From: Octopus bimaculoides | Taxonomy: Eukaryota | Direction of reading: 5' to 3' | Length of the DNA stretch: 33,000 nucleotides | NCBI RefSeq assembly: GCF_001194135.2 | Contig: NC_068995.1 | Span: 55,079,782 to 55,112,781, forward strand | Shown here: positions 11,483-23,546 of the stretch, one piece after another | How positions within the stretch are numbered: position 1 is the first letter of the stretch | Layout: every line of letters begins with the position of its first letter | Translations under genes and position numbers: made by a program | The notes under the pieces: generated by a model | Told to the model about the DNA's origin: nothing | Seen by the model: only the letters and a program-made list of their open reading frames with translations | The model's database searches: none

Positions 11483-12167
11483 CTAATGGGGAAATGACAC
11501 AAGCAACACATGATTATGTAAATGACATGATATTATGCGATGTGATACGATATATGTATTTATGTATTTATATATAAATATATATATACAGTTACACAAA
11601 GCAGACATACATAATTGCATATATACATATATACACATATATATATATATAGTTATATATATACACACACACTTCTCACCAACACTACACACTCACACAG
11701 ACACGCATACAATCATACACACATGGGCATAAACAACACACGCATATACAATAGCAAACGCACGCACACACACGTACACAGCAACGCACATACACACAAC
11801 ATACACATACACACAAACACACACGCACGCACAGAAGACATACACACACACACACGCGCACATACAAAATACACACACACACGTACACGTACCTAACACC
11901 GACAACCCCACACAAACACGAACACACACACANNNNNNNNNNNNNNNNNNNNNNNNNNNNNNNNNNNNNNNNNNNNNNNNNNNNNNNNNNNNNNNNNNNN
12001 NNNNNNNNNNNNNNNNNNNNNNNNNNNNNNNNNNNNNNNNNNNNNNNNNNNNNNNNNNNNNNNNNNNNNNNNNNNNNNNNNNNNNNNNNNNNNNNNNNNN
12101 NNNNNNNNNNNNNNNNNNNNNNNNNNNNNNNNNNNNNNNNNNNNNNNNNNNNNNNNNNNNNNNNNNN

Positions 12168-12400
12168 ATCTCCCATTTTCACTCTCCTATCTTAGAAAGA
12201 ACTTTTCCCCCACCACCTCCTCTTCCGGTCTTTTCATCATGTAACCTCGTGGGCATCGGTACCATTTTCCTCTTTCTCTGTTCTTCCATTCTCCGAACAT
12301 TCCATCTTTCCGACGAAGGGCTACGCCCGAAACGTCATACACTCTCTCTTTCCTTTCCTGAGCGTCCAATAATACTATCCATATCACGTCCTCACTTTGT
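12168..12400 (+). mobile_element. Probable Penelope-like element pseudo-LTR with a hammerhead-like core
   Basis: CCGACGA-A-GGGC/TAC/GCCC-GAAA-CGTC at 12310-12336 in pyrimidine-rich context. Confidence 0.5.
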
Positions 12401-12648
12401 TGTTTTTTTGTTTTTTTGTTATTGTTTTTTTTAACTATATATATATATACATATACATTTGTACAAATGTTTGTTTCTTGCCAGTTTCGCCTTCAATTTA
12501 GCATTGAACTAAATGATACATTCTGTTGTGTCTGGGAAAAGTCATTCTCTTTTATTGCTTTTGCACTCATTTATCTATTTTTATAAAACTTTTGTTGTGC
12601 CTTGCAAACTTTTCAATAGTTGTTGATTCTGTCCGTCATTCAAGTTTT

Positions 12649-12674
12649 CATACATACATACATACATACATACA

Positions 12675-12708
<34 letters not shown>

Positions 12709-12720
12709 CATACGTACATA
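12649..12720. repeat. (CATA)n microsatellite
   Basis: Direct reading. Confidence 0.98.
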
Positions 12721-13060
12721 CATGTGTATGCTCACACTCACTGACCCACTCACATGCGCGCTCAAAGAAACAAAAAGAACGCAGCTTGAAAAACGGCCGT
12801 CGCACTTCATTTTCTTTGTTTAATCCCTCATCCGACCAGAAACGGTTACGCTTAGAGCCCGTCGTGTTTTATGCTTTGGTCCTATTCCAAGTAAGTTTCT
12901 TGCCGGTGTCACCAGAATGGAATCAAACATATCGATAATCGCTGAAATTGCGCCAACTGGTGAAGAGTTGGTGACCTTGTGTGTCCTCTGCCGCCGCTGT
13001 ATGTAGTATATGTTTGTTTATTTTTTTTCTCAACGTTTTTTAATTATATATATATATATA

Positions 13061-13109
<49 letters not shown>

Positions 13110-13480
13110 NNNNNNNNNNNNNNNNNNNNNNNNNNNNNNNNNNNNNNNNNNNNNNNNNNNNNNNNNNNNNNNNNNNNNNNNNNNNNNNNNNNNNNNNNNN
13201 NNNNNNNNNNNNNNNNNNNNNNNNNNNNNNNNNNNNNNNNNNNNNNNNNNNNNNNNNNNNNNNNNNNNNNNNNNNNNNNNNNNNNNNNNNNNNNNNNNNN
13301 NNNNNNNNNNNNNNNNNNNNNNNNNGGTGAAGAGTTGGTGACCTTGTGTGTCCTCTGCCGCCGCTGTATGTAGTATATGTTTGTTTATTTTTTTTCTCAA
13401 CGTTTTTTAATTATATATATATATATATTTATGTATAAATATATATGTTTATGTATAAATTTAAGCGTGTGTGACATTTT

Positions 13481-13704
13481 GTCTGTGTTTATCCACCATT
13501 ACGACAACCGCCATCGCTTGACAACCGATGTTGGTGTGATTGCATCACCGTAACCTAGCGGTTCGGCATAAGTGATCGATCAAATAAGTACTAGGGTCTT
13601 GAAGAGTAAATCCTAGGTTCGATTTATTCGACTATAAATCCTTGAAGTTGGTGTTCCAGTATGACCGCAGGCGAATGACCAACAAATCAAAGAATAAAAG
13701 AATA
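13481..13704 (+). mobile_element. Cephalopod SINE, 3' portion
   Basis: catcgcttgacaaccgatgttggtg...cctagcggttcggc...aataagtactagg...aaagaataaaagaata tail. Shares the aataagtac...tcgat segment with the 29589 family. Recalled as a common octopus SINE. Confidence 0.65.
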
Positions 13705-13846
13705 TACGCGTGTGCTTGTGTTTTCGAACAAGGATAAATACATGTGTCTGCGGACTAGTAATTGTGATCTGCTAGCCACAAGATAAAACGTGATGCATGG
13801 AGTTAGCAAATGAATTAATAAGAATTATCAAAAGAAAAAAACTTAC

Positions 13847-13873
13847 TCTTTCCATTTATTGATATCTTGCACT
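13847..13873 (-). CDS. 27-nt micro-exon, phase 2-2: VQDINKWK
   Basis: Very strong acceptor atttcttttcatttctag and donor AGA|gtaagt. Open frame. Confidence 0.75.
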
Positions 13874-14469
13874 CTAGAAATGAAAAGAAATACCCATGTT
13901 ATTTTCTCTGATACAAACTTTGCAAATATTCTAAATGTTATAAACATTTCTTAGGGGGAAAACTGTTTGGATTATGCGGAATATAAATAACTACCAATAA
14001 AATCAGATATTTGTGGCATGAGACATACATATTAATTACGACCATACATGATAACAGTTTTAAAGAACAGAAAAAGGTATTTGTTGAGTATTCAGGCATT
14101 ATGCATAATGCAGATACATCGACAGGAGAATAAAAACATGTATGTTAAAATAAGGAGAACAGTCAAAAGGAATAGGTGAGGAAAGAAGAAATAAAGAAAG
14201 GGGAAGAGAAAATGAAAAGGTGTGTTAGATGGTAGTCAAAATACCATGAGAGGGATGGGAGAGGAGTAGCTGAGGGATAGGAAGAGATAAGAATGTAAGG
14301 AATGTATGAGGAGTGGAAGGTGGCGTAATACGTTTGAAAGGCACTAAGGGGGAGGGTTGAATATTTTTATTTTAGTCTTCTTTTCTCTCTTTCATCCTTT
14401 CATTTTCTCTTCCTGTCTTCATTTTGACACATCTCATCATTCTGATCATACACATCTACCCACCCGTCT

Positions 14470-15490
14470 ATCCACAAATACTACTAATACATTCTCAAAT
14501 GTTCATATACATCAAAAAATTCCTTCGAATGAGCAACACAGAATCCAAGGCTCCATACGTTGAAATTACTAAACATGAACTACTATTGGAACTTACTATG
14601 TACAGGAAACTTTTTACCACTTCTTTACAACACTTTACTCGGATAATAGAACTACAATTACAATATTTTATACTTTATTTCTTATCACATTCTCTTATGT
14701 CCCTCTATATTCCCTATCTCCTCACTTTTCCATAATAATTTCTATATCGAAAACAGATATTTACCTCTAGTTAACCATCTCACATCATGGCTGATGAAGG
14801 GATATCCATAATATCCCAGAAACAGCTGTAAGACTCTCGCTATATCTCTTTCTTTATATATGTCCTGAACACCCCTCACAAAATTGGCTTGTCTAATATA
14901 TATATATATATATTATGTAAGGTATGTTAGACGTATTGAAACCATCTAAGGGATAGAGGCATTCCTGGTAATTAGCTCAGTATGTATGGTCCTCGTTATA
15001 AGGTATACAGCAGTAGGCAATTCAAAAGGTAAACCATAGTTTAATGTATATATAGACGATAAGAAAATGGAGAAATAAATAACAATTAGAAGTGGATCTT
15101 TGCCGCTATAAAGCGATTATTAAATTAGTGAAGAAAGAACTCATTAAATAATGACTTTATAGGACCAACGATTCACTTCACATTGTTATGTAGAACAACT
15201 TTACCAAGAAGGAGACGAAAGCTGTAGCACTAAATTTTAAAATTATATTGAAAAGACATGGAAGTGATATCTTGACGACTGCTTCGTAATCTGGACAGAA
15301 TCTCTAAATACTCTGGAAGAGTTCAATATCCTTCTGAACAACCTACTCTCATCTCTCCAATTTAGAAAGGAGATGAGCTGTACCAAATTACCATTCATAG
15401 ATATAATGGTAATTAAAAAGGATCATCCATTACCACAGATATATAACGGACACACATCAATATCTGAATTTTCAAGTCATACCATCCACC
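14470..15490 (+). mobile_element. Penelope-like retroelement relic: endonuclease C-terminus and pseudo-LTR, then an internally deleted RT fragment
   Basis: RT block WK*YLDDCFVIWTESLNTLEEFNILLNNLLSSLQF...LPFIDIMVIKK.../TDTHQYLNF/KSYHP (YLDD at 15268-15279). Upstream EITKHE...LPLLYNTLL resembles the ORF end. Hammerhead core at 14791-14830. Confidence 0.85.
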
Positions 15491-15538
15491 ATATACAAAA
15501 CTTTGTTGGAATTCCTTTGATAAATATCTATATTTATT

Positions 15539-15631
<93 letters not shown>

Positions 15632-15648
15632 GTGTGTGTGTGTGTGTG
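15539..15648. repeat. Compound (TA)n(TG)n microsatellite
   Basis: Direct reading. Confidence 0.98.
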
Positions 15649-16580
15649 TTAATCAAAGGAATTCTAAATTTGACTGATTTTTCACGTTATATTTAAAATC
15701 GTATAATTATATAATATATTCAAATGATAGAATAGTAACTGTTCGTTCTGATTGAACTAGTACTTTCATGCATACATACATGCACGCATACATACATGCA
15801 TACATACATACATACATACATACATACATACATACGTATAAATCGAATAAACTGCAAATTTGGTCTTAAAATTACATTAAGTAAACAATCGTTACGCGTA
15901 TTTCACTGGCGAATTTTGATGCACTCGTTACCTAATCGGAAGCAGAATGGTCATTTAATATCGCACCATCGAAATAAAACCGTAATATACATCATTGTTA
16001 TTCACTAGCGTTAGTTGATAGGCAGAGAAAAACTGTTAACTGTGAGTAATATACTTTAGAATGTTCTTTCTATAGCGGAAAAGAAAAGTTCTATTTCCAA
16101 GTTAAAACAATTAATATTAGAGCTAAAATTTATTAATTTGCATATTTTGCTATGTCAGAATCTGTAGCAGGATACGTCTTAGTATACGTCAATCATACAT
16201 TTCGTTTGCTACTAGTTCTCTATTGTAGGAAAGATTAGTAATATTATGAATTTGGAGAAGCATACAATTTTCCAAATATAAATACTAGCTTCCAGGTACA
16301 AAAGCGTATTGTCGTTCGTGTTTGATTCTTCTACTCATGGTAGTTTTTACCCGAACAATTACGCCCTACTTTGATATAACTTAGTGTTATTCTAAAACAA
16401 GCTAACATAATAACTATTTCAAATTAATAATATATTTTTTATAAGAGAAACAATTTTTATCATTGACATTAAATGTTACTAGAAATATCAATGTTCACCA
16501 GATTAACCTTGGTATTAAACGTCCTCTTAGTGCAGAGGTAGGGCACATACACTTAAAAGAGATTGATATTGTATACTTAC

Positions 16581-16607
16581 TGAGATGCGCTGCTATCTGT
16601 ATCACTG
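16581..16607 (-). CDS. 27-nt micro-exon, phase 2-2: SDTDSSAS (CAGCAG tandem acceptor allows a 24-nt form)
   Basis: Acceptor ttccttacattcag and donor TCA|gtaagt. Open frame. Confidence 0.75.
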
Positions 16608-18250
16608 CTGAATGTAAAGGAAAATGAGACGGTAAATTTATTAACAAAAATGGTACATTGTCATGATATTCATGAAGTAAGATGTCATTTTAATGTTAAG
16701 GGTGACTCTAGGGAAACGAAACTTCTGTCTATAATTAAGGAAATAACAGGTGTTTCTGTTATGCATATTTTTCCCTGGGTGACCAAAAGTCTCGTCAGCG
16801 GATTATAATATTACAGTGATTAATGTGTATGTTTATGAAAATGTGTGTTTGTGTGTACGTGTGTGTATGTAGAAACCTGCTTGATTAGCGTAAGCTAATA
16901 TGCCATGCATCATAACACGATTTATTTCATTTTTATTGATGTTTAGTTCATTTTTATTTATGTCCGTGTGTGTATATTGAAACCAGTTTGATTAACGTAA
17001 ACTAGTGTGCCGTGCATCATAATACTATACGCCACATCATCATCGGATTTAGTTCCTTTTTACTGATGTTAGTTGAGAGGCACAGACAAACGATGAACCA
17101 CAAGCATATTCATCAGAATGCTGTGTATATAGGTGCAACAGAAATGTATTTGGCTTCTTTTTATTTATAAAATGTAAACATAATTCATATAGGAAGTAAA
17201 CATACATGAATTACATAATTTGCAACGTTCAAAACTGTTGCAGGATACTTTTCTGTTTACACAAATTATAAATCTTAACTGCGAGTATGAAGACTCTCTA
17301 AAACAGAACTCTTGTTGTTAATTCATAGAATAATCCATGTTTCAAAAGCCCTTATCTTCGATATCTTAATAGAAGCTTTCTCACACAATTCTTTGCTTCT
17401 TCGACTTAGGGTTATTTCTTCAATAACATTTGGAACTTAATATTATATACACCCGTTATGCAGATATATAAAACCGAACTTATATAGTATGTTGATATTT
17501 TATGTAATGCATATATTTCCTAAGGGAAGCTCATCAAATTAAAGTTGATTAGACACTATTCGAAATATTGTGAACTCTACCGGCTAAAGTTATAATCCAT
17601 ATACACATGGAGCCGGTCCATTGACGTGACAGTCATAAATTGGATATGGTTTGTTTCATTTTAAAACCTGTGCAACTGTGATATTAAGGAGGTTGATGAT
17701 TATCATGTATACTTTTAAAGGGATGCTGTTGTTAAAACATGGATCGTTTGGACATTTTGCATGTTGAATTTCTATTACCCATGTCCTGCAGGGCAGAGCG
17801 TAGTTGAGGTTATTTCGTTACGCTAGCAGTTGACGAGGGATATGCACGAAAGTTCACTAGGATATAATATCATTCATTATAAATATAGATTCTGTAGAAT
17901 ATCTGAGGTTTAAATTGTGAGTTAGATATGTATATAGCATATTACGTACAAGATTATTTAAGTAGTATATGCTTTGCTTGTGTATGTAATTTCTGCATTC
18001 GATATCTCGGTACTAAGGAGGGGTTCGGAATCTGGTGTATAAGATGAATAAGGATGAATCCCACAAAGACGTTTAATGAAAGGCTGCATTTTCTCATAGG
18101 AGATTTAACTGGATTTAACTCCGTGCCTAATAATATAGAGTTCCCTAAATTTCTATCTCGCTGGAACACAAATCTTGATAAACTGTTTGCCTAAGTGATA
18201 GAATATTACATCAATCGAGTATTTAGGACAATTTGTGTTTCAATACTTAC

Positions 18251-18286
18251 TCTCCGATTCCCAGGAAGCTTGAGAGAGCGTCAGTT
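18251..18286 (-). CDS. 36-nt micro-exon, phase 2-2: TDALSSFLGIG
   Basis: Acceptor atatttttttcag and donor AGA|gtaagt. Open frame. Confidence 0.8.
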
Positions 18287-18413
18287 CTGAAAAAAATATT
18301 GACATATAAACAATTATATATATATATATATGTATATAGCCAACAGGTGAGAACAAGAAATCTTCAGTTTAGTAATGCTCGAATGATTCAAACTAAGACT
18401 TTCATGTTCTTAC

Positions 18414-18443
18414 ATGTAGCCAATTCCGCTGGGTAACAAATGA
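18414..18443 (-). CDS. Candidate 30-nt micro-exon, phase 2-2: HLLPSGIGY
   Basis: Acceptor gattcctcttatag and donor CAT|gtaaga. Open, symmetric, and its GIG echoes the neighbouring exon. Leaves a 127-nt intron. Confidence 0.45.
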
Positions 18444-19171
18444 CTATAAGAGGAATCATTACATATAACACCTTGCTGTTGATATACAAAATATGTATAT
18501 ATGTATGCGTGCAAAACAAGAGAAATCAAAGGCGGAAAACCTTCTATATTTAAGTATAAATATTTATATTAATGCATCAAACTTAGAATACAAGCAACAA
18601 AGAGAATTGAAAAAGAGGAAGTAAAGCGTTATATAACCCCAGAGTCGAAGCTTAACCTTTGTCCTAACAAGGAATAGAATTCCATCAATAATACTTTATT
18701 TGCAAGGAACAGTCTGCAAGGGAAATCTCCACACCTGTACCAGAGGTCACGAGAAAAGACGTTCTAAGCTATACTCTTCAAATATATTGTTTAATTTATC
18801 ATAAGCGTTGTATACGACGTCCATATGCATAGGTATTCAAGACAAACTATCATTGAAAAGTGCTTATTATTGCAAATATGCATCTCCCTCATTTTGGGCT
18901 ATTATCACATTAAAGTTTGCAAGTATTTCGTGTGCTTTTCGTTTCCGATGTTCAACTATGCGCTGTTCAGAACGTTGTAGACTCACAAACAAAACCCAAT
19001 TTATATATGTATGTGTGTAAATGTATGGATAAATATATGTTTCAATGCAATTACCAATTCATCAAAAATGAGAAACGTTCAAATACATCGTAAAATTAAC
19101 ATTCGATTTATATATGCTGGATTGTATAAGACTTGTTTAATCTGGATATTCAGTTTTATTCACGGTATATG

Positions 19172-19378
19172 AAAGCAGCGTGATGTAGTAGCAAAACAAG
19201 TGTCTTGTTCTGAGATCACGTGCTAAAACAAAAACTATTGCAGCGTGGAAGATGTCTGTAAGCCATTTAAGAACACACAAAAACCGTTAATTTGACTTGT
19301 ATATTCAAATTTAATTTCTATCAAAATATTTTCATCGCATTGAAACCTCGACCTGTTCACTGACAAAATTTCGTGAGT
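19172..19378 (+). mobile_element. Probable cephalopod interspersed repeat (SINE-like)
   Basis: gcagcgtggaag...aagccatttaagaacacacaaaaaccgtta...gacctgttcactgacaaaa, recalled from octopus repeats. Not verified. Confidence 0.4.
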
Positions 19379-19412
19379 GAAATTATATGAAATTGTTTTT
19401 AAATATACTTAC

Positions 19413-19451
19413 GCAATATCTCCTAAAAATTCAGAAAATAGGCGGCTTACA
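19413..19451 (-). CDS. 39-nt micro-exon, phase 2-2: VSRLFSEFLGDI
   Basis: Acceptor ttattctttcatttcag and donor TGC|gtaagt. Open frame. Confidence 0.8.
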
Positions 19452-19724
19452 CTGAAATGAAAGAATAAATTTACTATAAGAGATATATGATATAAATGAG
19501 AAAAAATTAATTAATAACTTCTTAGGGTATGATAAGAATTTTTTTTAATCCCTCTTGCTTAACTTTAAATGTAACTTTAAGTAACATTTGAATATATATT
19601 TTTGAAAGAATGCGCACTTTATCCAATTCGCCATTCGTGAAATAGCGACCAAATAATTCCTCTTATGACTTTTGAATGAATGTTATATACATATATACAC
19701 ACACACACGCACACACACACACAC

Positions 19725-19781
<57 letters not shown>

Positions 19782-21303
19782 AAAATATATATACATACAC
19801 NNNNNNNNNNNNNNNNNNNNNNNNNNNNNNNNNNNNNNNNNNNNNNNNNNNNNNNNNNNNNNNNNNNNNNNNNNNNNNNNNNNNNNNNNNNNNNNNNNNN
19901 NNNNNNNNNNNNNNNNNNNNNNNNNNNNNNNNNNNNNNNNNNNNNNNNNNNNNNNNNNNNNNNNNNNNNNNNNNNNNNNNNNNNNNNNNNNNNNNNNNNN
20001 NNNNNNNNNNNNNNNNNNNNNNNNNNNNNNNNNNNNNNNNNNNNNNNNNNNNNNNNNNNNNNNNNNNNNNNNNNNNNNNNNNNNNNNNNNNNNNATATAT
20101 ATATATATATATCTTGTTCGGACCCTGTGATGTGTACGCAAGATCGCAAGGATACAATGTTATTAATTATAAATATAGATTCTGTAGAATATTTGAGGTT
20201 TAAATCGTGAGTTGAATATTTATGTAGCGTACAAGAGTTAAACTACTATATGCTTTAATAGTTTTGTTACAGTGAGTAATCTAAAATATAAGAGGTTTCC
20301 ATGTGTCCATCTTATCAAATATCTAAAATTAGTTTATTGGAAGTCAAAGAGAAATAAATTGCAGGTTAATAGTTTGTAACCATGTTTTAGTGCATAGTGA
20401 AATTTGACCGCAGCGTAACTCCTAGTATATGTTTTGTCTATACAGGTTTGAGGTTGTGTTCAAGTGTTCAAGTTTTAGGAATTCTATTAAAAAGAAGTCT
20501 TTCGAATTGAATAGGTGAGTTCTGTCATAATATGGCGAGTGGGCGGGGGTGTTTGTGCTTGGGTACGTGGTTTGGGAATATACTGTAAAAAGAATTATCT
20601 ATGCTTCTTTCTTTGCCTTTTTTCCGTTGAGAGAATATGGAGAGTGTTTATGGATGGCATTTCGAAGGATTTAGAAGGAATTATTTTACATTTGCTCTGT
20701 GTGATTGTGTTGTTTTGTCTTTGTAATTGTGTGAGTATGTGTGAAAGTGTGTGTGTTTCTGTGTGCGTATGTGTGCTTGTCTGTGTCTATGTATGCGTGT
20801 TGGATTTGTTCTTTGGAACTAGCTTTCTACATGTGTCTATTTTTTTGTAATTTGGAGGAATTTGTGCATGTGAGTTATTATGGTGCTCATGTGTGTAGTT
20901 GTCACATAAGGTGGGTCAGGGTGAATTGGTGTACATTTGACTGATTTGCAAGTGTCGATAATGTTGGTCCATATGCGTATTAGTAGCTCACCTATAGATT
21001 AATAAGGCAAGGCGTGTGGTGAGTATGTAGAATACGAAAAATAAATGTAAGTATAGATGAGATGGCCAGAATGGTCTTTGAATATATATATNNNNNNNNN
21101 NNNNNNNNNNNNNNNNNNNNNNNNNNNNNNNNNNNNNNNNNNNNNNNNNNNNNNNNNNNNNNNNNNNNNNNNNNNNNNNNNNNNNNNNNNNNNNNNNNNN
21201 NNNNNNNNNNNNNNNNNNNNNNNNNNNNNNNNNNNNNNNNNNNNNNNNNNNNNNNNNNNNNNNNNNNNNNNNNNNNNNNNNNNNNNNNNNNNNNNNNNNN
21301 NNN

Positions 21304-21617
21304 GCATCTGCATGCATCCCCTCAATTAAAGCCATGATTTTGAGGAACCAATTGAGATGGTGTGGCCATATTGTTCGAATGGCAGATGAACGCATGCCGA
21401 AACAGCTGTTTTATGGTGAGCTTGCAGAGGGGAAACGTTATCGGCATAAACCTAAAAAAAGGTTTAAGGATGGCATAAGGACTGCTATGAAGTCAATTGG
21501 AATGGCTCCAAAAGATATAGAAGTCCTCGCTTCAGATCGAGTTGGATGGCGAACAAGGGTGTGGAATGGAGTGAAAGCATTTGAAGAGGCCAGGATGATG
21601 CAAGCAGGGCTCAAGAG
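21304..21617 (+). mobile_element. RTE-clade LINE, 3' end of ORF
   Basis: IPSIKAMILRNQLRWCGHIVRMADERMPKQLFYGELAEGKRYRHKPKKRFKD, the typical RTE C-terminal QLRWxGH...R.PK..LYGEL motif. Confidence 0.9.
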
Positions 21618-21945
21618 ACATTTAATAAGAGGAATGACCACTAAAGTGGATTCATAATATGCTAAAGATAGAACGTCAAATCGCCTTAACACGAAAAATC
21701 TCAGCCAACGCCAGAATGTAAAAATAAACAAATAGGAGTTACAGATATTTGCATTTTGCATTACGCAAGTGTCAATAACGAACTCGTGATATGAAGGTAA
21801 TCGTTTTAGTTTGCATATTTTCATCTGTCTTGTTTATTTTTACATTCTGGCGTTTGTTGAGATTTTCCTTCGTAGTAAGGCGATTTGATGTCTATATTTA
21901 GCATACTAGGAACCCACTTTAGTGGTCATTCCTCTTATTAATTGT
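21618..21945. mobile_element. Foldback/MITE-like element with about 115-bp imperfect inverted arms
   Basis: 21618-21731 versus reverse complement of 21830-21945 (taataagaggaatgaccactaaagtgg...aaatcgcctta...aacgccagaatgtaaaaataaacaa). About 98-bp spacer. Confidence 0.8.
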
Positions 21946-21988
21946 AATATAATTGATTAAAATCAATTTATACCCTAATTATCATATG

Positions 21989-21991
<3 letters not shown>

Positions 21992-22048
<57 letters not shown>
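21992..22048. repeat. (TA)n microsatellite
   Basis: Direct reading. Confidence 0.99.
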
Positions 22049-22051
<3 letters not shown>

Positions 22052-22084
22052 ACTCAGAGACCTACTCAAAGTGGCAGAACCGCT

Positions 22085-22532
22085 CACAAATGTACGAATG
22101 TTTCAGACGTTCCCAAAATTGCCAAAAAGATTTCGGTATGAGACTCGTGTATGTCACGTTTGTGCCAAAACTGCTTTCAGATGTCGAAGGAGACACTCCA
22201 GTTTCAGTTGCGCAAGATTTCCTTCATTGTGTAAATAAATATGAAACTCTTTTGAAATATTTGCCTATGCCTCTGAGTAGGTATCACCAAGCTTTTGGTA
22301 AAATTTGATACATATTCTCTGCTCTACTTTTTCAATGATCAATGCGACTATCACACGCTACGCACCTTCATTTCAGGCACTGCTGTAAACGGTGGAAGGG
22401 AGCTAGAACATTATAACTTAGTATACACGCACACCAGAGTTGCATGTCAGTCTGCGCCAAGCGGCTTTACTCAGATTGTTTTAGGTTCGTTACTATAGGA
22501 ACACTTCGGAGACTTATTGATCAGACAACATA
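22085..22532 (+). mobile_element. Internally deleted mariner relic
   Basis: FGMRLVYVTFVPKLLSDVEGDTPVSVAQDFLHCV resembles the mariner linker (VPxxL motif). TIR-like end cggagacttattgatcagacaacaTA at about 22507-22532. Confidence 0.65.
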
Positions 22533-22792
22533 CATACATATGCCTACTATATGTAGGTGTATATATNNNNNNNNNNTATATAAGACATATGTATATATGT
22601 ATGTGTGTGTGTATGTATGTATATTTTTGTACGCATGTATGTATGTGGATGTTTAGGAAATGCTACTTTTTATAGTTTTCTCTACTTTCAGTTCCAAAGG
22701 TTAAAGAATAGGCATTTTGTATATACACCTATAAATGATATGTTATAGGAAACAACTTTCACATTAATATACTGCAAAATTCAATAACTTAC

Positions 22793-22822
22793 ACCTTTAG
22801 TGCTGCTTTGCCAAGAGCAGGT
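22793..22822 (-). CDS. 30-nt micro-exon, phase 2-2: PALGKAALK
   Basis: Acceptor ttttttttcctcaacag and donor GGT|gtaagt. Open frame. Confidence 0.8.
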
Positions 22823-23290
22823 CTGTTGAGGAAAAAAAATATATTATTAATAAAATATAGTGGAATTCATGTGTAGACACACACACAAATACATATACAT
22901 CGTTCTTAAAGATATATATTTTGATTCAATGAACCTTCAAATAGTACACTCTTTAGACTCTTTCTTTCACCGTTTCTCCTTAAATTATTAGGTTGGAAAG
23001 AAAACCTCGTATTTTGACAATAAATTTGAGATAATCAGTCTGAAGTAAATTATTATTTACCATCAGATAAGCAGTTATTCATTAATTATTTTTTTTACAT
23101 TCTAAATTTTTTACCTTCTTAACAGATTATATCAAAGAATAGTATTTTTAATATTCGTAAAGATTTTATTCCGTTAAAACGACTTTAGAACTGACTTATC
23201 TCATATGTGCGTGTGTGAGAGGATGTGTGCGCATGTGAGAGAATATGTATATGTGTAATTGTAAAGGTGTACAGTGCACTTTTAACATTA

Positions 23291-23506
23291 ATGTTCTTTT
23301 CTACTCTAGGCACAAGACTCGAAATTTCGCGGGAGGGGACAATCGATTAGACTGACCATAGTACGCAACTGGTAATTAATTTGTCGCCCCTGTAAGAATT
23401 AAAGACAAAGCCGATTTCAGTTGAATTTCAACTCAGAATGTAAAGACAGACGAAATACCGCTATGCATTTCACCCGGCGTACCAACGTTTCTGAAAGCTC
23501 CACGCC
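23291..23506 (-). mobile_element. tRNA-derived SINE, near full length
   Basis: Reverse complement aligns along its length with 29589-29810, including the ctagagtagaaaagaa tail. Confidence 0.85.
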
Positions 23507-23546
23507 TTCATTTAAGATTAATATTACTTAAGAAAGTATAACTCAC

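Noticed and set aside
12959-13426. Identical 101-bp copies (12959-13059 and 13326-13426) either side of a gap
   Set aside because: The second copy starts exactly at the contig edge and is identical, so it is most likely a scaffolding or haplotype artefact.
16351-16391. 41-nt exon candidate (ITLSYIKVGRNCS)
   Set aside because: Weak donor (gtaaaa) and phase 2 to 1 breaks the phase-2 series. An alternative path through it is possible but unsupported.
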